Source: Candidatus Zambryskiibacteriota bacterium
Lineage (GTDB): Bacteria; Patescibacteriota; Minisyncoccia; Phycocordibacterales; DATDWN01
DNA: 63,755 nucleotides
Reading direction: 5' to 3'
Assembly (NCBI GenBank): GCA_009694965.1
Contig: SIBV01000001.1
Span: forward strand, 1-63,755
In this document: one piece after another, positions 36,984-47,706 of the stretch
Position numbering within the stretch: the stretch's first letter is position 1
How the letters are laid out: each line of letters begins with the position of its first letter
Translations under genes and position numbers: made by a program
The notes under the pieces: model-generated
What the model was told of the DNA's origin: nothing
Database searches by the model: none
What the model saw: the letters and a program-made list of their open reading frames with translations, nothing else

Positions 36984-38258
36984 TTATATTTTAGGAAAAT
37001 AAGCCATAGGATCTAGGTAAGCTTTGATATCTGCCAGAGGCATCGTTGCTTGTTTACAACCACGACTGTTTACATATTGCTCTATTCTAACTCCTTGAGT
37101 TGCATAAACACTAATATGAAGATGGGGTCCAGTTGAGTACCCAGTATTACCTGAGTATCCTATCAAATCCCCTGTTGCCAGTCTTTGGCCTTGGAAGCTA
37201 CTAATTACAGAGAGATGTGCATAAATAGTCGAGAGACCATTGTCGTGTTTGATCATTACCCATTTTCCAAAAGAATAACATCCTCGATACAAATCCGTAT
37301 TCCCTGTTCCAACAACCGTACCATCTAAAACATTTTTAACTTTAGTTCCCACACTCGCTCTCATATCAATTCCGTTGTGACTCCCTGAAGTATAGAGTTT
37401 CTCAGCTCCAACTGTTTTACCGAATCTTTGTGTTATGAAAACATTGTCTAGAGGCCATGAAAGTATTCCGGACTTTGCCTTCGGGTAACTACCCTTATCA
37501 ATCAAGATATTTAACTGTGACTCGTACTCGAAAAGTTCCTGTTCAAACTGCTCTTTCTGTTCTTCTTTTGTTTTGACAAGCTCTTTGAAAGCCAACTCTT
37601 TATTTTTTGTAATTGCGAGTACTGTAGCCTTCTCCTTCACTGTTGATTCCACAGCCTGTTTCTTTCCACTTAGATCTTGTTTGAGATTAACTAAACTCTT
37701 TTTTTGGCCCTGAAAGGTTTCTTGCTTTTTTTCCATTTCAACCTTCAAAACACCTAACTCCATAGTTTTACCCCTAACTGTCTCCTGTATTTGTTCTAAG
37801 TTATCTAAATCCTTCCAAATCTCACCTATACTATCCTTTGAAAGCAAGATCTGGAGTATCCCTCTGTTTTCTAGTTCCTGACGACTCTTCAAGGCGGAAA
37901 TTATGGCCTGTTTATTTATACCAATATGATTAACTGTTTTTCCTATTTCATTTTCTAGTTGTTCGATAGTAAGCTCTGTCTTAGCTATTTTTGACTGTGT
38001 TAAGTTTATATCCGTAGAAATCTTTTTTTTTGTGAGGTCCAATGTTTTTATTGTATTGACAAGTGTTTTCGCCTGAGTACCAGCATTTAAAACTTCTAGA
38101 TTATATTTCAAAATTTCCTCCTCAAGAGTTTTGATTTGTGTGCTTCTTTCTTCGATTTTAGCTTTCAGTACTTCCTCCGATTCAGTCTGTGAAAAAGCCG
38201 TATTGGTACAGAATACAAATAAAACTATAAAAAGAATGTACTTCAATTGCCATAACAT
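36984..38258 (-). CDS. Coiled-coil M23 peptidase (EnvC/MepM-like)
   Basis: Signal peptide from MLWQLKY, long coiled coil, HNGID, YAHL, STGPHLH; the upstream ORF extension is repeat DNA. Confidence 0.9.
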   Translation of the reverse strand: MLWQLKYILFIVLFVFCTNTAFSQTESEEVLKAKIEERSTQIKTLEEEILKYNLEVLNAGTQAKTLVNTIKTLDLTKKKISTDINLTQSKIAKTELTIEQLENEIGKTVNHIGINKQAIISALKSRQELENRGILQILLSKDSIGEIWKDLDNLEQIQETVRGKTMELGVLKVEMEKKQETFQGQKKSLVNLKQDLSGKKQAVESTVKEKATVLAITKNKELAFKELVKTKEEQKEQFEQELFEYESQLNILIDKGSYPKAKSGILSWPLDNVFITQRFGKTVGAEKLYTSGSHNGIDMRASVGTKVKNVLDGTVVGTGNTDLYRGCYSFGKWVMIKHDNGLSTIYAHLSVISSFQGQRLATGDLIGYSGNTGYSTGPHLHISVYATQGVRIEQYVNSRGCKQATMPLADIKAYLDPMAYFPKI

Positions 38259-38415
38259 CCAGATAGTAGAAAATGACATAGCTCTACGAGCAACTCTGGC
38301 TTCACTTTTATTGAGATTTTTTAATTTTGATGTCATTTTCACTACCGGATAGCCTTGTAGTGAAGTTGGTATCAATTTTCAAGTACGAAGTACTATACCA
38401 AGTTCTACTACGAGG
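38259..38415. repeat. Pair of REP-like GTAGT hairpins
   Basis: ATAGTAGAAAATGACAT..ATGTCATTTTCACTAC and GTAGTGAAGTTGGTAT..ATACCAAGTTCTACTAC. Confidence 0.8.
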
Positions 38416-38417
38416 CA

Positions 38418-39890
38418 TTATTTTTTCAAAGCGTTATCTATTCTCAGAAGGCTCTCTTGTTTTCCTAAAACGTATAACAGTGTAAATGGATCAGGACTTT
38501 TCTCCATACCAGAAAGCGCTACCCGAAGTGGCCAAAGCACGTTTCCCTTTCCATTTTGTGTAGCATAGTCAAATATTAAAGTCTTTAGGTTTTCTGCGTC
38601 AGAAAATGATTCTGGTTTTGTTTCGTTCAAAGTATTTTTTAGCCATTCCAAATGTTTTTTTGTTTCCTTTAATGTAAGTTTTCCATTCCAAAGTAAAAGA
38701 GCTGTGTCGTATTGTGGCGTGTTAAAGAAATATGTAAGCTCTCCAGCTTCAGTCATAGTGTTAATGTCTGACCATTTGGAAATATGATCCATAATAATAG
38801 GGGTTATCTTTTTCATAAATTTTTCATTATTCAATAATGCATTTCCGGTAATAGTTGTACTATGTTTCAGACGTTCCAAAACGCTTTCTCTTACAAGACT
38901 CTCGGGAAGTAATTTCATATGTTCTTTGTTCATCCAAGCCAATTTCTCTTCATTAAAAACACCCCCAGACTTCTGAATTTGATCTATTGAAAACGCTTTT
39001 ACGAGTTCCTCTCTTGAAAAAATTTCTTGCTCCGTCCCAGGATTCCAACCAATCAGTGCAAGAAAATTAATCATAGCTTCAGGTAAAAAACCTTCATCCC
39101 TGTATTCAAAAATATCTTTTGCTCCATCCCGCTTCCCAAGTTTTTTCGTTTTATCATCTCTTAAAATAGTTGGAAGACTCACAAAAACTGGATAAGGGAT
39201 TTCTAGTGCATCATACAAACTGAGAAATCTTGGAGTGCTAGAAATAAACTCCTCACCTCTCATGACATGGGTCACATTCATATTTAAGTCATCAATAATA
39301 TGAGCAAAGTTGTATGTTGGATAACCGTCGCCTTTAATTAGAATAAAGTCGTCCAATGCTTCCTCCCCAGCTTCGAGCTCCCCTCTTACTGCATCCGTCC
39401 ATTTATATCTCTTTATTTCAGGCACCTTAAAACGCAATGGCTTCTTTCCGTCCCATTCCTCAAATTTGTCTGGTCTGTGATCTCTAAAAAGAAACGGCCT
39501 CTTCTCTTCATCAGCTTTCTTGCGAAACAGAGCTAATTCATCTTGTGTATATGGATCTGGGTACGCCAATCCTTTATCAATAAGTTTTTTTGCATATTCC
39601 ACATACGTTGGAAGTCTTTCAGATTGAATGCAAGAACCAAATGGCCCTGGTTTGTCTGGCCCAAAGTCCCAGTTCAAATCTAACCATTTAAGAGAATTCT
39701 GAATGTGGTCTATTGAGCCCGGCACTTCCCGCTCTTTGTCGGTATCCTCGATTCTCAAAATAAAGGTCCCATTATTTTTTCTGGCAAATAAATAAGCAAA
39801 AAGAGCAGTTCTAATACTACCAATATGCATAAAGCCCGTCGGAGACGGCGCGAACCTAGTTACTACTTTTTGATTGTTATTTTTCTGCAT
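38418..39890 (-). CDS. gltX: Glutamate--tRNA ligase
   Basis: RFAPSPTG.MHIG, RIEDTD, KLGKR. Confidence 0.96.
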   Translation of the reverse strand: MQKNNNQKVVTRFAPSPTGFMHIGSIRTALFAYLFARKNNGTFILRIEDTDKEREVPGSIDHIQNSLKWLDLNWDFGPDKPGPFGSCIQSERLPTYVEYAKKLIDKGLAYPDPYTQDELALFRKKADEEKRPFLFRDHRPDKFEEWDGKKPLRFKVPEIKRYKWTDAVRGELEAGEEALDDFILIKGDGYPTYNFAHIIDDLNMNVTHVMRGEEFISSTPRFLSLYDALEIPYPVFVSLPTILRDDKTKKLGKRDGAKDIFEYRDEGFLPEAMINFLALIGWNPGTEQEIFSREELVKAFSIDQIQKSGGVFNEEKLAWMNKEHMKLLPESLVRESVLERLKHSTTITGNALLNNEKFMKKITPIIMDHISKWSDINTMTEAGELTYFFNTPQYDTALLLWNGKLTLKETKKHLEWLKNTLNETKPESFSDAENLKTLIFDYATQNGKGNVLWPLRVALSGMEKSPDPFTLLYVLGKQESLLRIDNALKK

Positions 39891-39938
39891 TTGTGTTCAC
39901 CTTACGAACTTTATAAACTTTATAAACTTTCAACTATT

Positions 39939-41078
39939 TTATATCTCGTGTTCGAGGGCGATGGATATCACCTCCTGCGCAATCAGCTGTGCTGAATCGG
40001 CTCTGGCAAAAGCGCTCGCTGAATGCGACATTTTTTCTTTTTCGGTTGGATTAGACAAGATTCTTTCAATTTCTGATAATAAAACTCCAGATGTAAGATT
40101 TTTTTCTTCGATCACTATTGCTCCTCCAGATCTCGCATACGCATAGGCGTTACTTCTCTGATCATGCGAAGTAGGTTCTGGAATTGGAACAATAATAGAA
40201 GGCTTACCCCACAAGGCAATTTCAAAAATTGTGGATCCTGCACGTGAAATAATAATATCTGCAATACTAGCAGCCATACGCATGTTTAAAACATTCAAAT
40301 AAGCGGATGGTTTATACCTGTCCTTATGTGAACTATTTAACAAAACCACATTTGCAGTTTCCTCAATTATACTTATATTATTTTTTCCCACTTGGTGAAC
40401 GACCTGATATTTCTTTACCATTTGAGGCAGGGAATCCATAATCACTTCATTTATAAACTTCGAACCTTGAGACCCACCAAGTATTAGAAGTGTTGGTATG
40501 GCTTCAGTAAATCCAAATAGCTCATATGATCCAGCCCTTAGGGTTTCCTTGATATCTTTTCGTATTGGATTTCCCGTATAAGCTGTTTTCTCCTTTTTAA
40601 AATACTGAACCGCATCTGGATAGGAAACTGCAACCTTTCGAGCGAATTTACCTGCCCACGCATTTACTTTTCCCGGAATACTATCTGATTCATGTATAAC
40701 GACAGGAATTCGAAGAATTCTTGCGGCAAAAAGTGCAGGAAAACTCGCATAACCACCCTTACTGAATATTACATCAGGGTAAATAATAAAAATTCTCCAT
40801 AACGCTTTCAAAACACCAACTCCAGTTTTAAAAAGATCAATAAAATTTAGAATCAGATTCAAAGGTGAGGACTGCCTTCTAACTTTTCCCGCGCTAACTT
40901 TTTCAAATTGAATATTATTTTCGAACAGTAAGCCTTCGTTATAAGGCTCCGTCGACATATAGAAAAGCTCAGGTCGAAGTAGACGATTCTCCTTTGAAAT
41001 TTTGTTTAATTCCTCAGCGACTGCAATGAGTGGATAAAAGTGTCCTCCTGTTCCTCCTCCTGTAAGTAATATTTTCAT
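39939..41078 (-). CDS. murG: MurG glycosyltransferase
   Basis: GGGTGGH, GGY, HESD, GNPIR, GGSQG, SRAG. Confidence 0.96.
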   Translation of the reverse strand: MKILLTGGGTGGHFYPLIAVAEELNKISKENRLLRPELFYMSTEPYNEGLLFENNIQFEKVSAGKVRRQSSPLNLILNFIDLFKTGVGVLKALWRIFIIYPDVIFSKGGYASFPALFAARILRIPVVIHESDSIPGKVNAWAGKFARKVAVSYPDAVQYFKKEKTAYTGNPIRKDIKETLRAGSYELFGFTEAIPTLLILGGSQGSKFINEVIMDSLPQMVKKYQVVHQVGKNNISIIEETANVVLLNSSHKDRYKPSAYLNVLNMRMAASIADIIISRAGSTIFEIALWGKPSIIVPIPEPTSHDQRSNAYAYARSGGAIVIEEKNLTSGVLLSEIERILSNPTEKEKMSHSASAFARADSAQLIAQEVISIALEHEI

Positions 41079-41086
41079 AAATATAT

Positions 41087-41168
41087 ATACGAATATGCGA
41101 ATAATACTAATCTACGAATGGCTACGAATAAGAAAGAATGTTATTTATCTATTCGCATATTCGCATGT
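41087..41168. repeat. ACGAAT-type heptamer palindrome (ftsW-murG)
   Basis: ATACGAATATGCGAATAATACTAATCTACGAATGGCTACGAATAAGA. Confidence 0.85.
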
Positions 41169-42269
41169 TTAAGCTTTCTTTTGATTCTTGGAAATATTTA
41201 AAATTATTCCAACCTCTGCCAAGGTCATAAATAACGCAGTTCCGCCGTGACTTATAAAGGGCAGCGTGATACCAGACAACGGCAAAACCCCAACCATAGC
41301 CCCGATGTTTACAAAAGCCTGTGACGTAATCATTATAACAATTCCCACAACCATTAGTCTACCGAAGGAGTCAGGAACTTTATTGGCTATTTTGAGCCCT
41401 CTGAAGGCAAAAAATATGAAAAGTAAGATAATGCTGACCGCCCCGACAAATCCGAACTCTTCACTCGCAACCGCAAATATTGAATCCCCTATCGGTTCTG
41501 GTAGCACATTAAATTTTTGAATACTTTGCCCGAAACCTCTACCGAAAATTCCTCCCGAACCTACCGCAATGAGAGATTGTTGAATTTGATAACCACTACT
41601 GAGCGAATTCATTGATGGATATATGAAAGTTGTGATACGACTTTTTACATATGGCCTCGTGTATGCCAGAACACCAACCCCCATAATTCCAATAATTCCA
41701 AGTATCAAAATATATCTCCATCTTCCACCTCCAACAATATAGATAGCTATTCCTGCAAATACTGTTATAGCAAAAGTATCAGTGTCTGGCTGTATTAACA
41801 AGATAACTCCTGTAATAAAAGTCAGAATTATAAAAGGTAATAATCCATATCTAAACGTTCTGGCTTTATCTTTGACTGATGCAATCCATGCAGAGAGAAA
41901 AATAATAAAACCAATTTTCAGAAACTCGGATGGTTGAAACGAGAGAAGGCCCAGTTTTATCCAACGATGAGCTCCTCCATATTCAACACCAAGACCGGGA
42001 ATAAAAACCGCTAGAGTAAAGAGAACCGCAATTATATAAATATAAAATGCATACTTTCTATAAATCTTATAGTCTATTTGGGAAGTTATGATGCAAGCTA
42101 TTACGCCTAAAAAAAGACCAAAAAAAGTTTGATTGAAGGCCACATTTGCGTATTTTGCAGTCTGACTAGAAAGCAACCCAAGCGACGCAGAACTGAAAAT
42201 CAGATATCCTGCACCGACAAGGATAAAAATAGAAACTAGAAATGGAATATCAACTTTTAGTTTCTTCAT
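41169..42269 (-). CDS. ftsW: SEDS peptidoglycan polymerase FtsW
   Basis: GAHRWI, FQPSEFLK, QPD, GYQ..QS, G.TLPFISHGG; between mraY and murG. Confidence 0.92.
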   Translation of the reverse strand: MKKLKVDIPFLVSIFILVGAGYLIFSSASLGLLSSQTAKYANVAFNQTFFGLFLGVIACIITSQIDYKIYRKYAFYIYIIAVLFTLAVFIPGLGVEYGGAHRWIKLGLLSFQPSEFLKIGFIIFLSAWIASVKDKARTFRYGLLPFIILTFITGVILLIQPDTDTFAITVFAGIAIYIVGGGRWRYILILGIIGIMGVGVLAYTRPYVKSRITTFIYPSMNSLSSGYQIQQSLIAVGSGGIFGRGFGQSIQKFNVLPEPIGDSIFAVASEEFGFVGAVSIILLFIFFAFRGLKIANKVPDSFGRLMVVGIVIMITSQAFVNIGAMVGVLPLSGITLPFISHGGTALFMTLAEVGIILNISKNQKKA

Positions 42270-42300
42270 TCAAAACATTATACACCAAAAAAAGTAAAAT

Positions 42301-43371
42301 TTAGCTTATCAAGGCTACTATAACGCCAATTATAGCTGAGACAACACTAATAACCCAATACCTCATCGTTACCTTTTCTTTTGACCAGCCTATCGCTTCG
42401 AAATGATGATGCAGAGGAGCAACTCGAAAAACTTTACCTTTTGGGCCCCAGATTTTTTTCGATACTATTTGAATAAATGAGGAAAGCGATGTTAAAACGA
42501 GAAGAGTGGCAATAAGTGGAAGCATCAGGATCTGATTTGTGAGAAATGCGATAATAGGCAGAGTAAAAACTAGACCGAGCATACCCGTTTCCCCTAGATA
42601 AAACCTTGCAGGCGGGATATTAAACCAGAGAAACGCAAGCAAGGCTCCTGTGAGTGCAACACAAAAAGCTGCAATGTCGATCTGATTTTGAAAAAAAGCA
42701 ATCACTCCGAAAGCAGCAAAAATTGTAGACATAACTCCAGCAGCAAGACCGTCTATGCCGTCAATAACTCCTGAAGAAAAAGTCCCAAAAAAGACCAGAA
42801 GAAAAAAAGGAACAATCAGCCAGCCTAACTCCAAGTCCCCTCCAAATGGAATATGAATAAACGAAACATCAAGTTTCAAAAAGAACCAAAGTCCTGCTGA
42901 AAGTCCAACTAGGAACACTATGCCTATCATCCAAACCCTAGGAAAACCATTAACAAAAATTCCTTTTTGTACATTTATTGCAAGAAGATCATCCATGAGG
43001 CCGATGAGCGACCCAGACAGTAGTGTGAAGATCAAAAGTAGTGTCTGATTTCTACTAAAAAAATCCAAATCAACTACTACGTTGTTTGGGAAAATTCTTG
43101 AAACAAAATACAAAATTATTAAACAAAGAAATACTGAAAGCCAAACAATTATGCCTCCGGGTCTTGGAGTCCTCATTTCCTCAGTAGAGTTTTGTATTCT
43201 TTTGAATTCTGGAGAAATTTCTTCAAGCCCTTCAACTGTATCGTCAGTTCGGGGTCTCTTCTTCCACATTTTATACTTATATAAGTAGTGAGTTATAAAT
43301 GGAGTTATGGAAATAGCCAAAAAAAATGTAAGAATTGCGGGAAAAACAACCTTTAAGATATCAATATTCAT
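42301..43371 (-). CDS. mraY: Phospho-MurNAc-pentapeptide transferase
   Basis: TPRPGG, GLMDD, DGIDGL, FNIPPARF, APLHHHFE. Confidence 0.95.
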   Translation of the reverse strand: MNIDILKVVFPAILTFFLAISITPFITHYLYKYKMWKKRPRTDDTVEGLEEISPEFKRIQNSTEEMRTPRPGGIIVWLSVFLCLIILYFVSRIFPNNVVVDLDFFSRNQTLLLIFTLLSGSLIGLMDDLLAINVQKGIFVNGFPRVWMIGIVFLVGLSAGLWFFLKLDVSFIHIPFGGDLELGWLIVPFFLLVFFGTFSSGVIDGIDGLAAGVMSTIFAAFGVIAFFQNQIDIAAFCVALTGALLAFLWFNIPPARFYLGETGMLGLVFTLPIIAFLTNQILMLPLIATLLVLTSLSSFIQIVSKKIWGPKGKVFRVAPLHHHFEAIGWSKEKVTMRYWVISVVSAIIGVIVALIS

Positions 43372-43411
43372 AAATAAGTTATAAAGTTAAAAATTTGTAA
43401 AGTTATAAAGT

Positions 43412-45253
43412 TTATAACTTTATGGACTTTTCACTAATGAACACATCATACCACAGTGACAAAACTAGAAGCGCATATATTTTCCTAGAATTGTCGACCT
43501 TTTTTGCCACGTGTCTATCTATTAAATTTTTAATAAAGTCTAGATTCATATTATTTTGAATGTATTCATTTTTCAAGATAATATCGTAGATGTCTTGCTT
43601 CTCGGTTGTGAACCAATCCTTAACTGGAGTTGGGAAACCCAGTTTCTTACGATTCCTAGTAGATTCAGGAATAACTTTATTGAAAGCCTCTCTCAGAAGA
43701 TACTTAGTGATACCATTCTTCCACTTGAAACTGTCTGGAAGAGTCGCTGCGAGCTTTGCGACCTCGATATCAAGGAAAGGTACACGTAATTCAAGTGAAT
43801 TCGCCATTGTCATTTTATCTGCTTTTGCCAATATGTCACCGACTAACCATGTATGAATATCAATATATTGCATCTTGGTTGAATCACTTAGACCTAAGAC
43901 ATTTTTATACAAAGGATCAAGAGAAAGTAGTCTTTGTTTTCTTCCTTTCCACAAAGCCTCTATTTCGTCGCGTTTGAACAAATTTGCGTTGCCTATGTAC
44001 CACTCCTCTAGTTGTTCGTAAACGCGCCTTATATAATTCTTACCAAAAAACGCAAAAGGTAAACTGAGAAACATTTTCAAAATTTCCCTCGGAACCCAAA
44101 TCATTTTCATCCGAGCCATAGGTGCCAGATAAATATTGTATCCCCCAAAAAGTTCGTCGGAACCCTCACCTGAAAGCACGACTTTTACATGCTTTCGCGC
44201 TTCTCTCGCCACAAAATACAGTCCTATTGCGCTCGGATCTGCTACAGGCTCATCAAAGTGATAAACTGCCTTTTTTAAATTGTCGAAATACTCATCAGGA
44301 CCAATCATTATCTCAGTGTGATCAGTTCCGAGAAAACTAGAGGTTTCCTTTGCTTCATTTCTCTCAGTCAAAGTGTTGAAGCCTACCGTAAAAGTTTTAA
44401 TCTTTTTCTCCCCACGAACTTTCTGCATGAGCGTTGTGATAATACTGCTGTCTATTCCACCAGATAGAAACGCGCCGATAGGAACATCCGCAATCATATG
44501 GTGCGAAACAGAATCCTTGATAGTCTCAAATATTTTTTCCTTTGTTTGATTTTCATCCAAATTATTATTCTGAGCGAATTCGAAAGCCCAATACTTTTGA
44601 ATAATCGTTTGTCTGGTAACCAAATTAATTCTCATGTAGTGAGCAGGTGGCAGTTTATATACGTTTTTGAAAAAAGTTTCAGTTAAAGGGTTATACTGAA
44701 AAGATAGAAAGTTCACAACAGCTGCGTCGTTTATTTCTTTTTTGAAACCAGGAAACGACATGAAGCTTTTTATCTCAGATGAAAAAGCAACAATCTCTTC
44801 GTTTTGGATCAAATAATAAAGAGGTTTTATTCCAAAGAAGTCTCTTGCGATAAAGACTTCTTTTGTTTCTGTATTGTAAATACAAAAAGCAAACATACCA
44901 CGAAGTCGAAGTAGCATTTTCTCTCCATACATTTCAAACATATGAAGAACAACTTCTGTATCAGAATGAGTTTTAAACTTTACTCCCTTTTCTACAAGTT
45001 CAGATCTTAATTCTTTATAATTATATATTTCTCCATTGAAAAATATTAATTTTTTTTCATCACTAGAAGTTACAGGTTGCCTGCCTGTTTCTAGATCAAT
45101 AATAGCTAGTCGCCTCATACCTAGCCCCACAAATTTATCTACATAAAAACCGTCATCGTCTGGCCCACGATGAGTAATTCTGGAGACCATATCCCCTATC
45201 AGGAGCTCTTTATTCTCAATATTAGGGCTTAAAACCCCAGTAATTCCACACAT
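43412..45253 (-). CDS. asnB: Asparagine synthase family glutamine amidotransferase
   Basis: MCGI, HRGPD, NGEIYN, SGGIDSS, SGEGSDE, RVPFLD. Confidence 0.94.
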   Translation of the reverse strand: MCGITGVLSPNIENKELLIGDMVSRITHRGPDDDGFYVDKFVGLGMRRLAIIDLETGRQPVTSSDEKKLIFFNGEIYNYKELRSELVEKGVKFKTHSDTEVVLHMFEMYGEKMLLRLRGMFAFCIYNTETKEVFIARDFFGIKPLYYLIQNEEIVAFSSEIKSFMSFPGFKKEINDAAVVNFLSFQYNPLTETFFKNVYKLPPAHYMRINLVTRQTIIQKYWAFEFAQNNNLDENQTKEKIFETIKDSVSHHMIADVPIGAFLSGGIDSSIITTLMQKVRGEKKIKTFTVGFNTLTERNEAKETSSFLGTDHTEIMIGPDEYFDNLKKAVYHFDEPVADPSAIGLYFVAREARKHVKVVLSGEGSDELFGGYNIYLAPMARMKMIWVPREILKMFLSLPFAFFGKNYIRRVYEQLEEWYIGNANLFKRDEIEALWKGRKQRLLSLDPLYKNVLGLSDSTKMQYIDIHTWLVGDILAKADKMTMANSLELRVPFLDIEVAKLAATLPDSFKWKNGITKYLLREAFNKVIPESTRNRKKLGFPTPVKDWFTTEKQDIYDIILKNEYIQNNMNLDFIKNLIDRHVAKKVDNSRKIYALLVLSLWYDVFISEKSIKL

Positions 45254-45268
45254 ACACCCAAGTTTACA

Positions 45269-46216
45269 TCATTCTCTTATATACGCCAAACTAGCCTTAA
45301 CTAGAGCTTCTACATCTTTAAATCTTCCATCAATAGTTGAACCCAAAACGACAACAACTACTGGATGTCCTATGGATGCATCAAAAGCAATTACAAGGTT
45401 TCCGCCGGCCATTTCTGTGTAGCCCGTTTTAGAAGCCATCAAACCTGGAACTTTATTTATATAAATATTGGTATTTTCTGCCCTGTGAACTTTTTCGAGA
45501 GATGAAATGTCAATAAACTCATACTTTGTTGCCTCTACCATTTCTGGACTTACTTTTAAAATATGACTCATCAGTTTTGCAACGTCTATCGCTGAGCCGT
45601 ACCCCCCACTTACTCCCCCCATGTCCAAACCACTTTCGTTTGTAAAATATGTTTGTTTTAAACCCAACTTTTTTGCTACAGCATTCATTTTTGCAATAAA
45701 GTCAGCTCTTCCTAGATTATAATCATTTGTTCTAAGATCCATCGCTCCTACAACAGACGCTATTGATCTTGCGCCGTCATTCGACGAAACAAGTAATGAG
45801 AAATCCAAAAGCTTTGCCAATGTCCACGATTCATCCGCTAATAACCCCGTGTCGCCTTCGGCAGAGAGAAATTCTTTTTTTATTGTTACTCTAGAATTTC
45901 TCGGAATAAGTTCCACTGCAGTGAGAGCCATCATAAGTTTCGTAATGGATGCTAAAGGAAATTGTGCGAATTCATTTTTTTTGAAAAGAACTTTGCTTTC
46001 TCTCACATCATATACATAAGCCGATTTTGCCTCTAAATTTATATTGTTGAAAGCGGTGGATTCACTATTTTTTTCGGAAACGATTTTTTTCGCTTCTTTT
46101 TTCTCAATGGAGGAATTTATTACAAAAAGCATTACAACTATCAGAAAAACAACTACCGCGTTAAATGCGAAAAGTCTTTTGGATATTATATCTGTCTGTA
46201 TTTCACTAGTCTCCAT
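45269..46216 (-). CDS. D-alanyl-D-alanine carboxypeptidase (S11)
   Basis: ASITK (SxxK), SSND (SxN), KTG. Confidence 0.9.
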   Translation of the reverse strand: METSEIQTDIISKRLFAFNAVVVFLIVVMLFVINSSIEKKEAKKIVSEKNSESTAFNNINLEAKSAYVYDVRESKVLFKKNEFAQFPLASITKLMMALTAVELIPRNSRVTIKKEFLSAEGDTGLLADESWTLAKLLDFSLLVSSNDGARSIASVVGAMDLRTNDYNLGRADFIAKMNAVAKKLGLKQTYFTNESGLDMGGVSGGYGSAIDVAKLMSHILKVSPEMVEATKYEFIDISSLEKVHRAENTNIYINKVPGLMASKTGYTEMAGGNLVIAFDASIGHPVVVVVLGSTIDGRFKDVEALVKASLAYIRE

Positions 46217-46805
46217 TGGCGTCTCTTGTGTCCTCTATCACGTCTTTTTCCTCTTCTGTCTCTTCTATTACTTCCAATTGCTTCTGGACTTCCTTGTACT
46301 CAGGTAAATCTGAAATGTTGCCGAGCCCCAGAAACCTCAACGTTTCAGTTGTAATACTATACACTATGACCCTCTCTAGAGTCTCACTTCCTTTTTTTTC
46401 AACTAAACCACGTAAAAGCAGATTTCTCAGTGCGTATTGAGAGTTTACTCCTCTTATGTACTCTATTTCCTTTTTACTTACTGGACCTTTGTATGCCACA
46501 ATAGCCAGTGTTTCTATTCCAGCTCTTCCTAAGTCTCTTTCTCTCTCCTCTTTTATAATCTTTTCTATGAGACCTCCGAGCTCTGGAGACGTTACGAGAG
46601 ACACCTCATCGTTATGTCTAACAATTTTTATACCTCTATTTGAAAGTGAAGCCTCTATTTCGTTAATAGCATCCACGATATCTTCCCTTGGAACTTCAAG
46701 AGTTTTTACTAGAAATTTAATCTCCACAGGCTCAGCCAAGTAGAAAAGAATCGCCTCCACCCGCACACTAAGATTGCTATTGTTTTTTATATTCTGCTCA
46801 AGCAT
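46206..46805 (-). CDS. scpB: SMC-Scp complex subunit ScpB
   Basis: EAILF, ETLAIVAY.GPV, IEYIRGVNS; N-terminus encoded by a MITE. Confidence 0.94.
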   Translation of the reverse strand: MLEQNIKNNSNLSVRVEAILFYLAEPVEIKFLVKTLEVPREDIVDAINEIEASLSNRGIKIVRHNDEVSLVTSPELGGLIEKIIKEERERDLGRAGIETLAIVAYKGPVSKKEIEYIRGVNSQYALRNLLLRGLVEKKGSETLERVIVYSITTETLRFLGLGNISDLPEYKEVQKQLEVIEETEEEKDVIEDTRDANGD

Positions 46806-46894
46806 AAAGATTTAAGTAAATTTTATTGAAAATGTTTTACTATGACTGATTTTATTTTGAAAAAACAGAATGATAGCAACCTTAGTGTGCGGGT
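46759..46894. mobile_element. 136-bp MITE-like element, copy 2, overlapping the scpB start
   Basis: ACCCGCACACTAAG / CTTAGTGTGCGGGT TIRs. Confidence 0.75.
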
Positions 46895-46960
46895 CTATTT
46901 TTTTTGTTAATTCATTCTGCATTTACTTTATAGACTTTATGGACTTTACGAACTAGAAAA

Positions 46961-47689
46961 TCAATATCTAGGAACGCCTATTGATTGATTCTCCATTTCT
47001 ATGTCATGGAAATCTCTATCCTGTCTCACTTGAATAATTCCCTGTTTGACCAATTCTAACATAGCAAGAAAACTTACTATAACATTTACTTTGTCAGCCT
47101 TACCAATACCCGAAAAATCTTTGAAACTCATTTTCATACTTTCTGTTATTCTTCTTGTTAAACTTTCTATTGTTTCATCTAGAGAAATAACTTTTTGGAC
47201 TATAGCTTTTGGCACAAACTCTTTTTTTGGGATTTGTTTTATTACAGCTTGTATGGTTTCGTGGAGTCCATCTACTGAGGTATTTTTGTCAGGAGTAAAA
47301 ACAACAATCTTTTCTTTTTCTGGTAACCTGAGATACTCTACGTTTATACCGAAACGTTCTTTCAGATGAAGACTCAAAGCTTTGTACTTTTGATATTGTT
47401 TTAATCTGTCTTCCAAGTCATCAATAGTGGACTCTTCTTCCTCTGAAAGAGATAGATTTGGTAGTAGAGACTTCGATTTTATCAGAACAAGAGTTGAGGC
47501 AATCAGAATAAAGTGTGCTGAGTCAGCAATTGGGAAATCGGAAAGTGATTTTATATAAGCGATATAATCATCAGCAACTTGTGCCAAGGAAATATCATTT
47601 ATAAAAAGTTTCCGCTTTTCGATAAGAGAAAGCAGAGTATCAAGTGGACCCTCAAAAATATGAGTTTTAACATTGTAAGAACTATCCAT
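46961..47689 (-). CDS. scpA: Segregation/condensation protein ScpA
   Basis: FEGPLD.LL.LI, IKSKSLLP, FLAMLELVK. Confidence 0.95.
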   Translation of the reverse strand: MDSSYNVKTHIFEGPLDTLLSLIEKRKLFINDISLAQVADDYIAYIKSLSDFPIADSAHFILIASTLVLIKSKSLLPNLSLSEEEESTIDDLEDRLKQYQKYKALSLHLKERFGINVEYLRLPEKEKIVVFTPDKNTSVDGLHETIQAVIKQIPKKEFVPKAIVQKVISLDETIESLTRRITESMKMSFKDFSGIGKADKVNVIVSFLAMLELVKQGIIQVRQDRDFHDIEMENQSIGVPRY

Positions 47690-47706
47690 TTAATTGGTAT
47701 TTAAAC

